Both the position numbers and the translations under genes were made by a program. Of a DNA stretch of 64,000 bases, positions 42,495 to 53,000 are shown piece by piece. The notes beneath the pieces were generated by a model. The model saw only the letters and a program-made list of their open reading frames with translations, was not told the DNA's origin and made no database searches. The stretch lies in the NCBI GenBank assembly GCA_963836755.1, contig CAWIKF010000002.1, positions 352,001 through 416,000 of the forward strand, read 5' to 3'. The first letter of the stretch is position 1, and every line of letters begins with the position of its first letter. The stretch is from an uncultured Verrucomicrobiae bacterium (GTDB lineage Bacteria; Verrucomicrobiota; Verrucomicrobiia; Chthoniobacterales; Chthoniobacteraceae).

Positions 42495-44591
42495 TTACGG
42501 TGCCCGTTTGAGGTCCTCCCATCTTACCACCCACGAGCCGTCAGCCGGAAAGCCCGGTGCCGACTTATTCGGAGCTCCATCCCAACCAGCCGCCATCATC
42601 GCGACGGCATAGAGAAGTCCCCCGTTTCCCGGCAAATAGGTGCCGTTATTGATGCCTCGCCAGTCGTATTTGTCCGTTGGCGAAGTACTCAGTAACGTAT
42701 CAACAGCGAGTTGGGGCTCACCCGTCCGTGCCGCTGCCATGGCCATCCACGGAAAGTCCCATCCCCAAGTCTTGTCCCACCGCCACTCTTGCGCAACCTT
42801 GAGCACGGTCTGGCGAGCGGTTTGAGGATCGACTCCTTCGGTTGGCGGAATCGTTCCCAACATGCCTATGGGATCCGGATGGCTGTGATTGCGCTTGGTG
42901 TAGGTGTCGTGCCATTCGGGTGAAATCGTGTAGACTCCGTCCTCAACCGGTAGTGGCGCCAAATGCAGGCGGACTTCGTCCCAATGCGGATCTGGAGCGA
43001 GGCCAAGCCTCTGGCGCCACTTCTGTGCTATACCGAGAGCCCAGCGCCAGTAGGCCAGATCGAACGAAACGTTGCGCGTGAGCGGCCCCTGTTCAGACGG
43101 CGCTAGGTCCGGAAAAAGCGAGTAGGTGTGGGTTGCAGGATCCAGCGTCGCATAATCGGCCATGTTGTCGGCCGTCTCCTGCACCACGGTTTGCCACCGC
43201 AAAAGAGTTTCATGGGTCGGATGTAGTCGATAATCGAGCTCCGCAAAAAAAATCGGGTGCGGCTGTTTCCAAAGCAGCGCAATATTCCCCGACCAGGGCA
43301 GACTAATGCCGTCCGGGCCAGCGCCCTTGGGCCATTCCGCCCCTTTCATTCCGATTTGCTGGGCTCGTTTTTCGGCCGATGGGAGGAAGAGGTCATAGAC
43401 CTTAAGGGCCTTTTCGGCCATCGACCAGCGATCCCACAGTGCGTAATGCGCCAGATGCCACCAGATCATTTCCATGTGAAACCGGTTGACCCACGCGAGA
43501 CCCATGAGACCGTCTTCCGCAGGCGGGTAACTGCCGGAGGACTGTGCGGCCATATGGTATTGCGAGAGCACAATCCGCCGTTCCAGTTCAAACCAGCGCG
43601 GGTCTTTGCTGCCCGAGAGATCGATGGCTCCTCCCGATTTCCAATAGGCCGCCCAATGTTCGGCCGAGTCCCTTTCCACATCACCAAAAGAGGGAAGCGC
43701 GACAGTTATCGGGTTGGGAGAATAAGCGCACACCACCTCAAGGGTGTCTCTACCGCCCGCATCCACTGCCATGCGAAGGGGCGACTGCACCGGGTCAGGT
43801 TGCGAGCGCAAGTTGGCTCCGTCGGAACAGGCTATCTTCACATCGTAATTCGTTGCATCAATTTGACGGCGCACCTCGGCTGAATGGCCGCTGGTGAACG
43901 TGATCGCCGTCATGTGTTCGTCATTCTTTGTAAAATCGCCAACCCAAGGTCCGTTCTTCAATGTGGGGTACGGAAAATCAAGAGTGACCTCAAGTTTGCC
44001 GCTGGTGAGCAGAGGCGATTCGATGTGTACGGCGACCGCGTCGAGCGATGAATCGACGCAAGTTTTGACGCTGACCGGCGCACCGGCGAGTTTGAAGTGG
44101 GAAGCTAGCTCGCCGGACCACAAGTCTAGGGTGGCCGATAGGTCCGTGACCTCTTCCCGAGTAATATCGCGACCATCCGTCCAATGAAGGCGAAGTCGTC
44201 CGAGGTTGATCCCGTGTGGATTTGCCCTCATCCACTCGTAGAGCACCTTCTTGTCCTTAGGAAAATTGTCAGGCCCGGTTGGGCGCCCTTGCTGGAAAGT
44301 GCCCGTGTCGGGTATCTGGTCAGCAGTGATTCCAGCCGGGAGTGGAAAGGAATGCCACGCCCAATGGGCCATCGTGTTGCCACCAAAGGTCTGCAAACCC
44401 ATAACGTCCGCATTGAAGCAGAATTCGCCATTGCCCAGGGGCATCGTTCCCTTGAGGTCGGTCCAAGTGACATTGTGCCGTGAAACCAGGGCGTGCCGGT
44501 CGATGGCTGGCGCAGGGGAATCGCCCGGAGAGGAGAGCAACCCCAGCGTCATAGCAGCTAAACAAACGAATGTACGTTTGCAGACTTTCAT
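42495..44591 (-). CDS. Secreted (alpha/alpha)6 glycoside hydrolase (GH65/GH95-like)
   Basis: IDRHALVSRHN, LGNGEFCF.AD..GLQT, ELERRIVLSQY, FHMEM.WWH, WGWDFP..AM.AAR, YLPGNGGLL.AVAMM.AGW. Confidence 0.8.
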   Translation of the reverse strand: MKVCKRTFVCLAAMTLGLLSSPGDSPAPAIDRHALVSRHNVTWTDLKGTMPLGNGEFCFNADVMGLQTFGGNTMAHWAWHSFPLPAGITADQIPDTGTFQQGRPTGPDNFPKDKKVLYEWMRANPHGINLGRLRLHWTDGRDITREEVTDLSATLDLWSGELASHFKLAGAPVSVKTCVDSSLDAVAVHIESPLLTSGKLEVTLDFPYPTLKNGPWVGDFTKNDEHMTAITFTSGHSAEVRRQIDATNYDVKIACSDGANLRSQPDPVQSPLRMAVDAGGRDTLEVVCAYSPNPITVALPSFGDVERDSAEHWAAYWKSGGAIDLSGSKDPRWFELERRIVLSQYHMAAQSSGSYPPAEDGLMGLAWVNRFHMEMIWWHLAHYALWDRWSMAEKALKVYDLFLPSAEKRAQQIGMKGAEWPKGAGPDGISLPWSGNIALLWKQPHPIFFAELDYRLHPTHETLLRWQTVVQETADNMADYATLDPATHTYSLFPDLAPSEQGPLTRNVSFDLAYWRWALGIAQKWRQRLGLAPDPHWDEVRLHLAPLPVEDGVYTISPEWHDTYTKRNHSHPDPIGMLGTIPPTEGVDPQTARQTVLKVAQEWRWDKTWGWDFPWMAMAAARTGEPQLAVDTLLSTSPTDKYDWRGINNGTYLPGNGGLLYAVAMMAAGWDGAPNKSAPGFPADGSWVVRWEDLKRAP

Positions 44592-44674
44592 CGGTTCCAA
44601 TCTTCTAATATTTTGTTTGTGAAAAGTGGCAACCTAGCGCCTATTTGTCCAACTAGTTGGCCCCTTCGTGGAAG

Positions 44675-45047
44675 CTACTCCGGCACGATTTTGATCGTAT
44701 GCTGTACCGGCAGCACCAGAGCCGCCGCCGCGTCCGCCAGCTTCTTATCCTCCGCCATTCCGTTTGCAAAATAGGCACCGGCATCCGGCGCCTTGGTCTT
44801 GATGAGGCGCATGTACATATCCCGTGCATACCATCCAGCACCACCAGGTATTTGTGTAGAACCCTGCGGTCCCCAGTGAGCCCAAATTCCAAATTTCGCA
44901 TCTTCAAATCACTCCGGCACCACGTACTGCTTCAAGGATTTTATATTGGGTTGGAAAACGATCGGGCTGGGATGGCGCGGGCTCTTGAGCCCGACAAAAC
45001 GGGACGAGAAGAAATCCTACCTTAACGGTGACAGGGATTTTGAACAT
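44675..45047 (-). pseudogene. GH29 alpha-L-fucosidase N-terminal remnant
   Basis: FQPNIKSLKQYVVPE*FEDAKFGIWAHWGPQ...GWYARDMY; conserved Trp replaced by TGA, plus a frameshift and truncation. Confidence 0.8.
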
Positions 45048-45074
45048 GGAGGAGGGCGTTAACGCAAATCATCA

Positions 45075-45104
45075 ACGAAGTAAATTGGCACGAAGTAATT
45101 TGGC
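45075..45104 (+). repeat. 15-bp tandem direct repeat
   Basis: acgaagtaaattggc / acgaagtaatttggc. Confidence 0.6.
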
Positions 45105-45169
45105 AATTGCTTTCTAGCTCATTAGTGGACGGCGCGCCAACCAGCTAAGCCACGTGCCATCGGACGTAA

Positions 45170-45255
45170 GGAGGGCGGCATCGTGCCCGACATGCAGCAA
45201 GATCTCTGGCAGACCGACACTCCGATGGCCATTGGTTTTACTGCCAAGGCTATAG
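45170..45255 (+). pseudogene. Possible internal GH29 fragment in the opposite orientation
   Basis: EGGIVPDMQQDLWQTDT | GHWFY resembles the GH29 E.G......PWQTDT.IG.W.Y segment. Confidence 0.4.
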
Positions 45256-45274
45256 GTTCTGGCAGCGGTGCGTT

Positions 45275-47854
45275 TCACTCCTTCTCAAGCCCCACGACAC
45301 TAAATTGATAATGGCCCGGATCGCACTGGAAGCCAATCGAGCCCGGCTGGACTTGAATCGAATGAACGCCGGAGAGGGTTCCGGTGGTCGTCGCCAGCGG
45401 CTTGCCTTCTAACAGCAACTCCGGATTCGAAGCCTGGCCTGTAGGGAGATCCACGTTGGCGTGCGTGCCGGGCGGGACGTCCAATTTGATCGACAATTGA
45501 CCCGGCTGCTTCGTCCAGTCGACCCCGATGAGGCCATGGCGGCTCGGAACCGCCCCACGGGCGAAGGACAAACCGCATAGTGTCGGAGCGATATTGATGG
45601 TATCGAAACCGGGGGAGGCCGGCGTGATGCCCAGGATCTTGCTCGACATCTGGTAGGTGGGCGAAGCGATCCAGCCGTGGCTATAGTCGCCTTTGTTCGG
45701 GCCCATTTCCCGCACTGTCTGGGTTTCGGGAACGACAACGTAATCGTGCATCCTCGTCACGGCCTCGGAATCAAAAAGGTCGCCCTGGGCCAGGGCGCTA
45801 AAGACGAAATGCATGAAAAAGGGTGTCACGTCCCAGTTCGGATTTTTCAGCATGACCCGAAGAATCGACTGCTGCTGTGCGGCGGGTGCGAGGCCGTAGA
45901 GCACCGAGAAGGCGTTGTTTTGCACGCTGAAACTTTCCATCTGCACATCCGCCGGCAGCCATTTGCAAGGCTTGACCGTCGTGACAAACGGTTTGCCATC
46001 CCGATACTGCCCGCGCGTTTCGTTCCAGAGTTCCGCTTGGTACGCCGCGGCGACCTGCTCCCGCAGCTTTGAGTATCTTTCGACCCGCGCCTGATCGCCG
46101 GTCAATTGTGCAACCCTCATGCCGTCGGCCAGGCCGCGATAAAAGAGCGCCGTTATGTACCCCTGCCCGATGACGGCGGGGGGATGATGGCAGGCGAAGG
46201 CAATCTTCGGATCCTTGTCGTCGTGAACGATAGCCCAATCCATGAACATGTAATTGGGCGCCTCGGAGATGATTCCGTTCTTGCCGAGATAGGTCGTGTA
46301 TTGATCGAGCATGGCATGGACATGGGGCGTCACTTCATCGATCACGGTGCGGTCTCCCGTGTAGTCGTAGTAATTGAGCAGGCATTGGAGCCAGTAAAAG
46401 ACGTAGCTGGTGTGGAAGGTGTGGTAATGCGCGTTTTCCATTATCCAGGCCCATTTTCGAAGGTCCTGTCGGGCCAGCCATGGATTGGTGCCCATGGTGT
46501 TGAAATTGACGAGGTCCGCGATGACGTAGTCGCCATAGTCGCTGATCGGCTCTTGGTGTTCCGGCGAGTCAAGATGATGCGTGATCATGCAGATCTGGGT
46601 GGACCAGCGGCCGCTTTTCCAAAGCGTGTTCAACGCCTCATCGCTGCATGTGAACGATCCCAGGTACTCCACCGGCTGGGAGAGAAAACCGGCGGTGACC
46701 TCGCGGATTTCCACCGGCTTAGTCGCGCCGCGCACGACGACGCGCACCGTCCCGAGCGAGAAGTAATCGCGGCTCTCAAAATATTGCAGCCCATCGCGCA
46801 GCTTCAACCAGTAGAGGCGCCCGCCTTGAGCCTCGGTCTCGTTGGAGATGAGATAAATCTCCGCACCGGCGCAACCGTCCACGGCCAGCCCGCAGCGTCC
46901 CGCCATCACCCGGCTGAAATGAACGATAAATTCCCCGTCGCCCTTCACCACAATGGGGTGTCCCGGTGTGAGCGGCTCGTTTGGGATGCTGACATCGCCC
47001 GAGATCGGTTTGACGTCGAAGACGGGATAAAAGACCTCCATCAGAGGCGGGAGTTCACTCTTCACCAGTGTCGCCTCGGGTGGAGTACCTGTCCGGCACG
47101 CGGCCCAATTGCGATCGTCAAAGCCCGGCGACTGCCAGCCCACCGGTTCCGCCGCGGCATCAAAGAGGACGACAGGCCTGCCGGGCTTGCCGGCCTTGCC
47201 GGGCGCGACATAGCGCTTTGCTTCCTCAGGCGGGAACGAATTGGCCGGCGAAAGGTACGGACAGGCGATGCCGCGCCACGTTTCGTCCGTTCCAATCACT
47301 TCCGAGGAGCCGTCGGGGTAATCAACGCGCGCTTGGAGTTGGAATCCGCCACTGCCTGCTACCTCCACCGCCAGCGTGTTTGCTCCCGACTGGAAAAGGG
47401 GCGTAAGGTCCCGCACGTTGTAGAATCGGCGGTTGCTCACGGCGAAGTCGCGCTTGATCACGGGGCCGGAGAAATCGCGTCCCGGGTCCGCCGGACCGCG
47501 GTCCGCCGCATGGCCGTTGACCCAAAGAAGGTAATTAGCTCCCGTTATCCACGCGGTGACCTTGCCAGGGGCCGCCTTGAGCGTCACGACCTTGCGGAGG
47601 CAACTGGCCAACGCACCCGGAGCCGTCGATGGGCCGATCCATTTCCCGCTCCACGACGACAAGGCCTCGGGTTCCTGCCAGGTGTACCCGGGAGCCTGCA
47701 CGCCCTCCGCGTTCGCCACGACGTGCATGCCAGCGTTCTGCACCGGCCCACGAGTGTCCGGGACCTCCCCTAGCACTGTGTTGACGGAAAGAAGCACGAG
47801 GAGGCAAAGGTTCATGCGCAAACTTGTCATGTGATCATTGACCAATAGATTCAT
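45275..47854 (-). CDS. Secreted GH78 alpha-L-rhamnosidase-like protein
   Basis: WIG, Y.LWVNG....GP, TDETW, GSFTCSDEALN.LW, DSPEHQE..SDYGD, FMDW, DYSHGW..SP, ILGITPASPGF, GAVPS.HG.I.V.W. Confidence 0.87.
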   Translation of the reverse strand: MNLLVNDHMTSLRMNLCLLVLLSVNTVLGEVPDTRGPVQNAGMHVVANAEGVQAPGYTWQEPEALSSWSGKWIGPSTAPGALASCLRKVVTLKAAPGKVTAWITGANYLLWVNGHAADRGPADPGRDFSGPVIKRDFAVSNRRFYNVRDLTPLFQSGANTLAVEVAGSGGFQLQARVDYPDGSSEVIGTDETWRGIACPYLSPANSFPPEEAKRYVAPGKAGKPGRPVVLFDAAAEPVGWQSPGFDDRNWAACRTGTPPEATLVKSELPPLMEVFYPVFDVKPISGDVSIPNEPLTPGHPIVVKGDGEFIVHFSRVMAGRCGLAVDGCAGAEIYLISNETEAQGGRLYWLKLRDGLQYFESRDYFSLGTVRVVVRGATKPVEIREVTAGFLSQPVEYLGSFTCSDEALNTLWKSGRWSTQICMITHHLDSPEHQEPISDYGDYVIADLVNFNTMGTNPWLARQDLRKWAWIMENAHYHTFHTSYVFYWLQCLLNYYDYTGDRTVIDEVTPHVHAMLDQYTTYLGKNGIISEAPNYMFMDWAIVHDDKDPKIAFACHHPPAVIGQGYITALFYRGLADGMRVAQLTGDQARVERYSKLREQVAAAYQAELWNETRGQYRDGKPFVTTVKPCKWLPADVQMESFSVQNNAFSVLYGLAPAAQQQSILRVMLKNPNWDVTPFFMHFVFSALAQGDLFDSEAVTRMHDYVVVPETQTVREMGPNKGDYSHGWIASPTYQMSSKILGITPASPGFDTINIAPTLCGLSFARGAVPSRHGLIGVDWTKQPGQLSIKLDVPPGTHANVDLPTGQASNPELLLEGKPLATTTGTLSGVHSIQVQPGSIGFQCDPGHYQFSVVGLEKE

Positions 47855-48018
47855 AATTTTCTTCGCGTAGCGACTCAGGCAAATTGGTGGAAAGCGCTAT
47901 GGGAGCGAACACCCTAGCAGTCGCAGGTGCGTCATCGGCATTGTTTGTAAACAAGTGTAGTAATGTGAGATAATACTACCGCGCTTTTGTCAGCACATCC
48001 CACTCTCCCATCTTTGAA

Positions 48019-48510
48019 TTAAAGCTCCGCCTTAAGAGTGTCCCACAACGGCTCCAGGTCCTCATCCTCCAAGGCCCGCATGCGAAAGCGAGGATCAATA
48101 GCGAACGCTGTCTTTAGATAATCCTTGGCCGCTTGCATGTTTCCAAATTGGCACTCGTAACATGCCGGGTTGTAGTGAACCACTGCCACCTTCATGTGGT
48201 GTGTAGTAGCTCGCAGAGGTATCTTTCGAGCAGCTTCGATGGATTCAACACGACGTGTCGCATAGGCCCAGTGAATCCAATGCCAGTAATCCTCTGGGTG
48301 ATATTCCGCCAGCTTTTTAGCCACTGTTTGCATCAGCTCCCAGTGCTGCGTTTGCATATACAATCCAACCTTTACCGCCAATACCTCTGGAAGCTGGCGA
48401 GAGAATGGATCGATCGATTCCAACTCGTTATTGGCTTCCAAATACATCCCCAATTCGATGTATCCTTCGGCCGCGGTTAAGTGACGCAGTTCTTCAGCTT
48501 CAAGGGGCAT
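48019..48510 (-). CDS. Small TPR protein
   Basis: HLTAAEGYIELGM..EAN.ELE, HYN.ACY.CQ.G....AK.YL..A, ALEDEDLEPLW. Confidence 0.8.
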   Translation of the reverse strand: MPLEAEELRHLTAAEGYIELGMYLEANNELESIDPFSRQLPEVLAVKVGLYMQTQHWELMQTVAKKLAEYHPEDYWHWIHWAYATRRVESIEAARKIPLRATTHHMKVAVVHYNPACYECQFGNMQAAKDYLKTAFAIDPRFRMRALEDEDLEPLWDTLKAEL

Positions 48511-48517
48511 GGACGCA

Positions 48518-48889
48518 CTAGAGGTTTCTATCCATCCAATCTTTTAGATTTTCAGTAGGGTGACAATCTGGGAAATGCCGTCTTATCCACCCTTCGTCGA
48601 TCTTGTAAATCTGTAAGAACTGCGCAGGCCGTTTTTCATCCCTTCGTGCCAGTAGAAACGTTTGTCCTCGTTCGATCATCCGCAACAGGTATTTTTTCAT
48701 CCTCACGCCATCTGGATAATTTGCGTGGTAAAAATCCAAGGCGAATGAGCGGTTAGACAGTGGAACAACTGCCTCAACTCTAATTGAAGAATATGAGCAA
48801 CGATCCTCATCAAATGCATCGCCAATAAATTCGCAGGCATACCAATGTCCAGGCCGAAGAGTGAATCGTTGCACAGATTGCAACCTCAA
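48518..48889 (-). CDS. Hypothetical protein
   Basis: 123-aa ORF ending 7 bp before the TPR start, same strand; no motif recognised. Confidence 0.5.
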   Translation of the reverse strand: MRLQSVQRFTLRPGHWYACEFIGDAFDEDRCSYSSIRVEAVVPLSNRSFALDFYHANYPDGVRMKKYLLRMIERGQTFLLARRDEKRPAQFLQIYKIDEGWIRRHFPDCHPTENLKDWMDRNL

Positions 48890-49009
48890 GGTTCAGAAGT
48901 GAATTGTAAAATCCCCCATGTGTCCACGGGAGAAACAGCAGCCCATCGTTGACCCGCCACAACGTTCGATGGAAGGTAGCTTTCCTGCGCCTTCCCAATG
49001 ATTTCAAAA

Positions 49010-49567
49010 ATGAAGCTCCCCCTCTTCTTCGCCCTTGCCCTGTCATTCGCTCGTCTCTCACAAGCGCAGACCCAGTTCGACCAGGCTTTCCACCAAACAA
49101 CCGCTGCGCTAAACATTCAGGTTTATTTCTCCCCGCAGGGAGGATGCACAGAGGCGATCGTGCGCGAGCTAAACGCGGCGAAGAAGACGGTGCTGGTTCA
49201 AGCATACTCCTTCACCAGTGACGAGATTGCCAAGGCTCTGGTAGATGCCCACAAGCGAGGGGTCGATGTGAAGGTGATCCTGGACAAAAAGGACAACACA
49301 ACAGGCAAATATTCGGCTGCGGCGGATTTTGTCGCTCATGCCAAAATCCCGACCTGGCTTGACGGCAAGCATGCCATTGCTCATAACAAGATCATGATCA
49401 TTGATGGGGAGACGCTGATCACTGGCTCGTTTAATTTCACCAAGGCGGCGGAGCATAGTAACGCTGAAAACCTGCTCATCATGAAAAACGTGCCGGACTT
49501 GATTGCGAAGTACACAGCAAATTGGAACAAGCACCTGTCGCATTCAGAATCTTATGCGGGAAGGTGA
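49010..49567 (+). CDS. Phospholipase D-family (Nuc-like) endonuclease with signal peptide
   Basis: VYFSPQGGCT, QAYSFTS, A.KRGV.V.VILD, single HKD motif HNKIMIID...TGSFNFT..AE..NAEN. Confidence 0.93.
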   Translation: MKLPLFFALALSFARLSQAQTQFDQAFHQTTAALNIQVYFSPQGGCTEAIVRELNAAKKTVLVQAYSFTSDEIAKALVDAHKRGVDVKVILDKKDNTTGKYSAAADFVAHAKIPTWLDGKHAIAHNKIMIIDGETLITGSFNFTKAAEHSNAENLLIMKNVPDLIAKYTANWNKHLSHSESYAGR

Positions 49568-50035
49568 AGCCCGCCGCAGGGCCGAAGCAGTGGACCTCGC
49601 GAGCGCAAACTGCTCCAGAATTGTCGCAAGCCGACGACTGCCACAAAAGCCGCGCCCTACTGGAAATCTTTTTCCGGACGATCGATCCGTCATTGAATTC
49701 AATTTCGGGAAAGCCGCGAATTTTAAAAAATGTCGGCGAACCCGCTTAGATTCAAAAAAGTGTGTCTGGCATCCGCCATTCAACCATGTCAGCCGCAAGC
49801 ACCTTCCGCTCGATCTCGCGAAGTTTGATTTCTTCTAACGGACGGCAAGCGCACGGTTGTGGGGCTAAAAAAGACTGGAGACAAGCCACTCACAATCAAG
49901 CCGCTTTCGTAAAAAGCATTCTATTCAAAGGTGTGTGAGCGTGTGGATATTCGTTTTGCGGCGAGCGAATAGGAGGAAAATTGTGATCTGGCCATAACCG
50001 AGAAATAACAACATGATCGATCGATTTAGATTTTC

Positions 50036-53000
50036 ATGCCTCTCTTTTATGAATCTGCGTTTCGCGCCGCTTGCCGTGATCGGCCACCGGCCGAGATCAA
50101 CCGGCTGTGCCCAGACCATTTCCTGCGCTGGGATCGCCTATTTCAGGCGCTCTCGTGGCTGAGCGACGAGCAACGGTGCGATGCAATCTACGGCGATTGG
50201 CTGTGCCAGCTCGATGCGCCGGGCGGCGAAAACCAACTGCTCACGCGTAATCATCTCCTGACCGGCGGCGCGCTCGATGCCCACTTTCTGGCGGAGCTGG
50301 CGCAGAACGCGAACGACGCGGCCGACGGCAAACCGGCGGCCTTTCGCGCCAAGCTCGAAGGCGATTGGCTGCTCGTCGCGAACGACGGGCGGCGGATCAA
50401 CGAGCGCAATCTTTTCGGGCTTTCGCGCTTCTTCGTCCACCTCGGCAGCGAAACCCTTCACGCGCTAACGCAAAAAGAGATCGGCCGCTTCGGAATCGGC
50501 TTCAAGTCGTGCTACCGCATCGCGCGTGAAGTATTCATCGAGAGTTGGGATGCCGCGGGAGGCTTTGCGTTCCGACTGCCGATCGCGCGGGACGGCGATC
50601 TGGAGTCGCATGCGGAAGAGGGGCGACTGCGGCGCGTCGTCGCCGGCCTAAAGAAGGGGGGATGCAGCGTGGAGACTTCCAACGCGGAGCCACAGCGTTT
50701 CGGTTATTGCACGCCGGAGTTTCTCTCACGTCTGCCTGCGCCCGCCCGCGCTTTGGCGCAAAAGTTCGACCGCTCCGAGCGCGGCACGGTCTTTTGTCTT
50801 CACCTCAACAAAGACGGCGCCGCGGAAGTGCGAGAAATCTTCGAGCGAGAGGATGCGGCCGTGGATGAATTGACGCCACTTTTCACGCCCCATCTCCGGC
50901 GTGTGGAGATCGGTGAGGTGGTGCTGGCGCGCACGCAGGCCAGGTCGCAAGCCGATGACGCGGCGGGTAAGATTGAGGCCGTGAAGCTGACGTTGGCGCG
51001 AGAATCAGCGGGCGCTGCCACTAATCAGCGTATGTGGCGGCTGCGAGGGACGGGCGCGGACGACTGGTGGCAGATCGCTCTGGCTGCGGACTCTAAGTTT
51101 CAACTCACGCGCGCCGATGCGGAGGCCGTGGCTGGTTCTGGTCGGGAAGGCGGTGCCTTTGCCTTTTTCCGGCTGGGCGATGTGAAGTGGCCGCTGCGCT
51201 TTCATCTGCACATTGCGCTGCCGACCAATCTAAGTCGCGGTGATTGGACCGACGCCAAAGCCCTCGACGCGGAGATCGCTCGCGCGATGAATGAATTGGC
51301 CGAGTGGCTGGAAAGTCACACGGACCGCTGGCATCCGGGCTGGTCGCCGGCCGACCTGATCGAGCGAGAGCCGGAGGCGGATGAAGGGAGAGCGATCCAA
51401 GCCGTGGCATGCCTTCGCACCGCCGTGCGCTCGCGGAAACTGGTGCGCTCACTGGCGGGCGGATTTGTCACGGGAGCCGCCGCCCGGGGACTCGAGATTG
51501 TAGATCGCGAGGACGTTCGCGACGCATGGCGCCGGCTCGGCGCGCATCCGTGCATGGCGGAACTCGCGCCGCGGCTGGCCTTCGCGAATCCCGTCCTCGG
51601 TATCAAAGCCACGCGCGAAACCGCGCAGGATTGCCTGCGTATCCTCGCTGAAATTGCGGGCGAATCGGCCATCGAACATCCCGACCATGTGCAGGACGCG
51701 ATAGTTGCCGCTCTGTCCATCGAGCCCCCCTCGGCGTCCGCGATCGAGCGGGTCTTAGGGAAGGTGCAACTGCCGCGCGCGGAAGGTCGCACGATTGCCT
51801 TGAGCGAGTTGGCGAGCGCGCGCCGAAGCGCGCATCTCGCGCCTGGCTGGCATCCCTTTTTTGCAGAGCTGCTCAAATGGAACGATCGGCGCCCGGTCGT
51901 CGGCGGCACGGTCTTCGGCACGGCGCTCAGCGGGGCGCTCGATTTCGCGGAGCCGGCGTTCTACGTCGATTGGCACGAGCTGCCGGATTTTCTCTCCACC
52001 GAAGAGTCGTGGAAGCAGCGCGGTGAAGAATTCTGGAAAGATCAGCGCGCGGAATGTCCGCCACGGCACGCCGCGCGCGTCGTCACGGCCCTGCGGCTGC
52101 GGGATGCAGGCGGCCGCTGGCGCGCCATCACCGATTTCTGGCTACACGACGCCCGCGTCCCCGCGTGTTTGGATGACGTATTGAGCACTCACGCGGAAGG
52201 CGCGCGTGTTACGGCCAAGCTGCGCCGCTGGGCCTTGCTCGACGCATACGATCGGGCGGTGGCGCAACATGTCGTCAGTGATCTTCCGACAAAGCTCGCC
52301 GCACTGTTCACCAAATCCGCCGACGCCGATCCGCTCGCGATGCTCGAGGAGGGGCGTTCCGCCAACTCGCGCGCGGCACTTTCGCCCGAATGGCAAAAAG
52401 CGGTCGCCGATGCAGAGCGCGCGGCGGTCGTTTCGTTCCGCGCGACCCATCCGATTTCAGCGACCGGAAAGCAGCTTATCTCCACATTTTTGCCGGTGCC
52501 GCTGCGGTCGCTCCTGCTGAAATGCGAGGAGTTTCAACTCGCTCCCGCGTGGATGACACCATTGGCCGCGAGGGCCGTGGCGCGGCTAAATCCGAATCAG
52601 CCTCTCCCGAGGGTCGTCTTCCCCGAGACGCTGCAGAATGTGGCCAGTCGCAGCGAACTTGCCGAAGCGCTGCTTGCGCAAGCCCATCGATGGGCGGCTC
52701 AAGAACTGGCCGCGCTCGAAATCGCGGCGCTCGATGAGCTATGCCGCGACTGCAACGGGAACACGCGCATCACGCTCGCTCGCGGCAATCCCGACTTCCT
52801 GCGCAACATTCTCGCCATCCCCGCGGACGCTGCCCCGGCGCATTGCGGTGGTGGAAAATGGCAGTGGCACGGACGCCGCCATCTGCCGGCGAGCCTCGCG
52901 CGCGCACCGCGTCTCGTCGCTGCCTGCCTCACGATCGCTGACGCGAAACGGTTGATCGAAAAGCGCGGTGAAAGCATGCCGCTGGCCGAGGACGACGTCG

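Noticed and set aside
44900..44920. Selenocysteine or recoded TGA in the GH29 remnant
   Set aside because: TGA replaces a conserved Trp in a fragment that is also frameshifted and truncated; TGA serves as a normal stop elsewhere in the window.
40391..47773. Long plus-strand ORFs 40391..41665 and 46106..47773 (likewise 12..911, 4336..5319, and minus-strand 26638..27747)
   Set aside because: Antisense shadows of well-supported genes in GC-rich DNA; no motifs.
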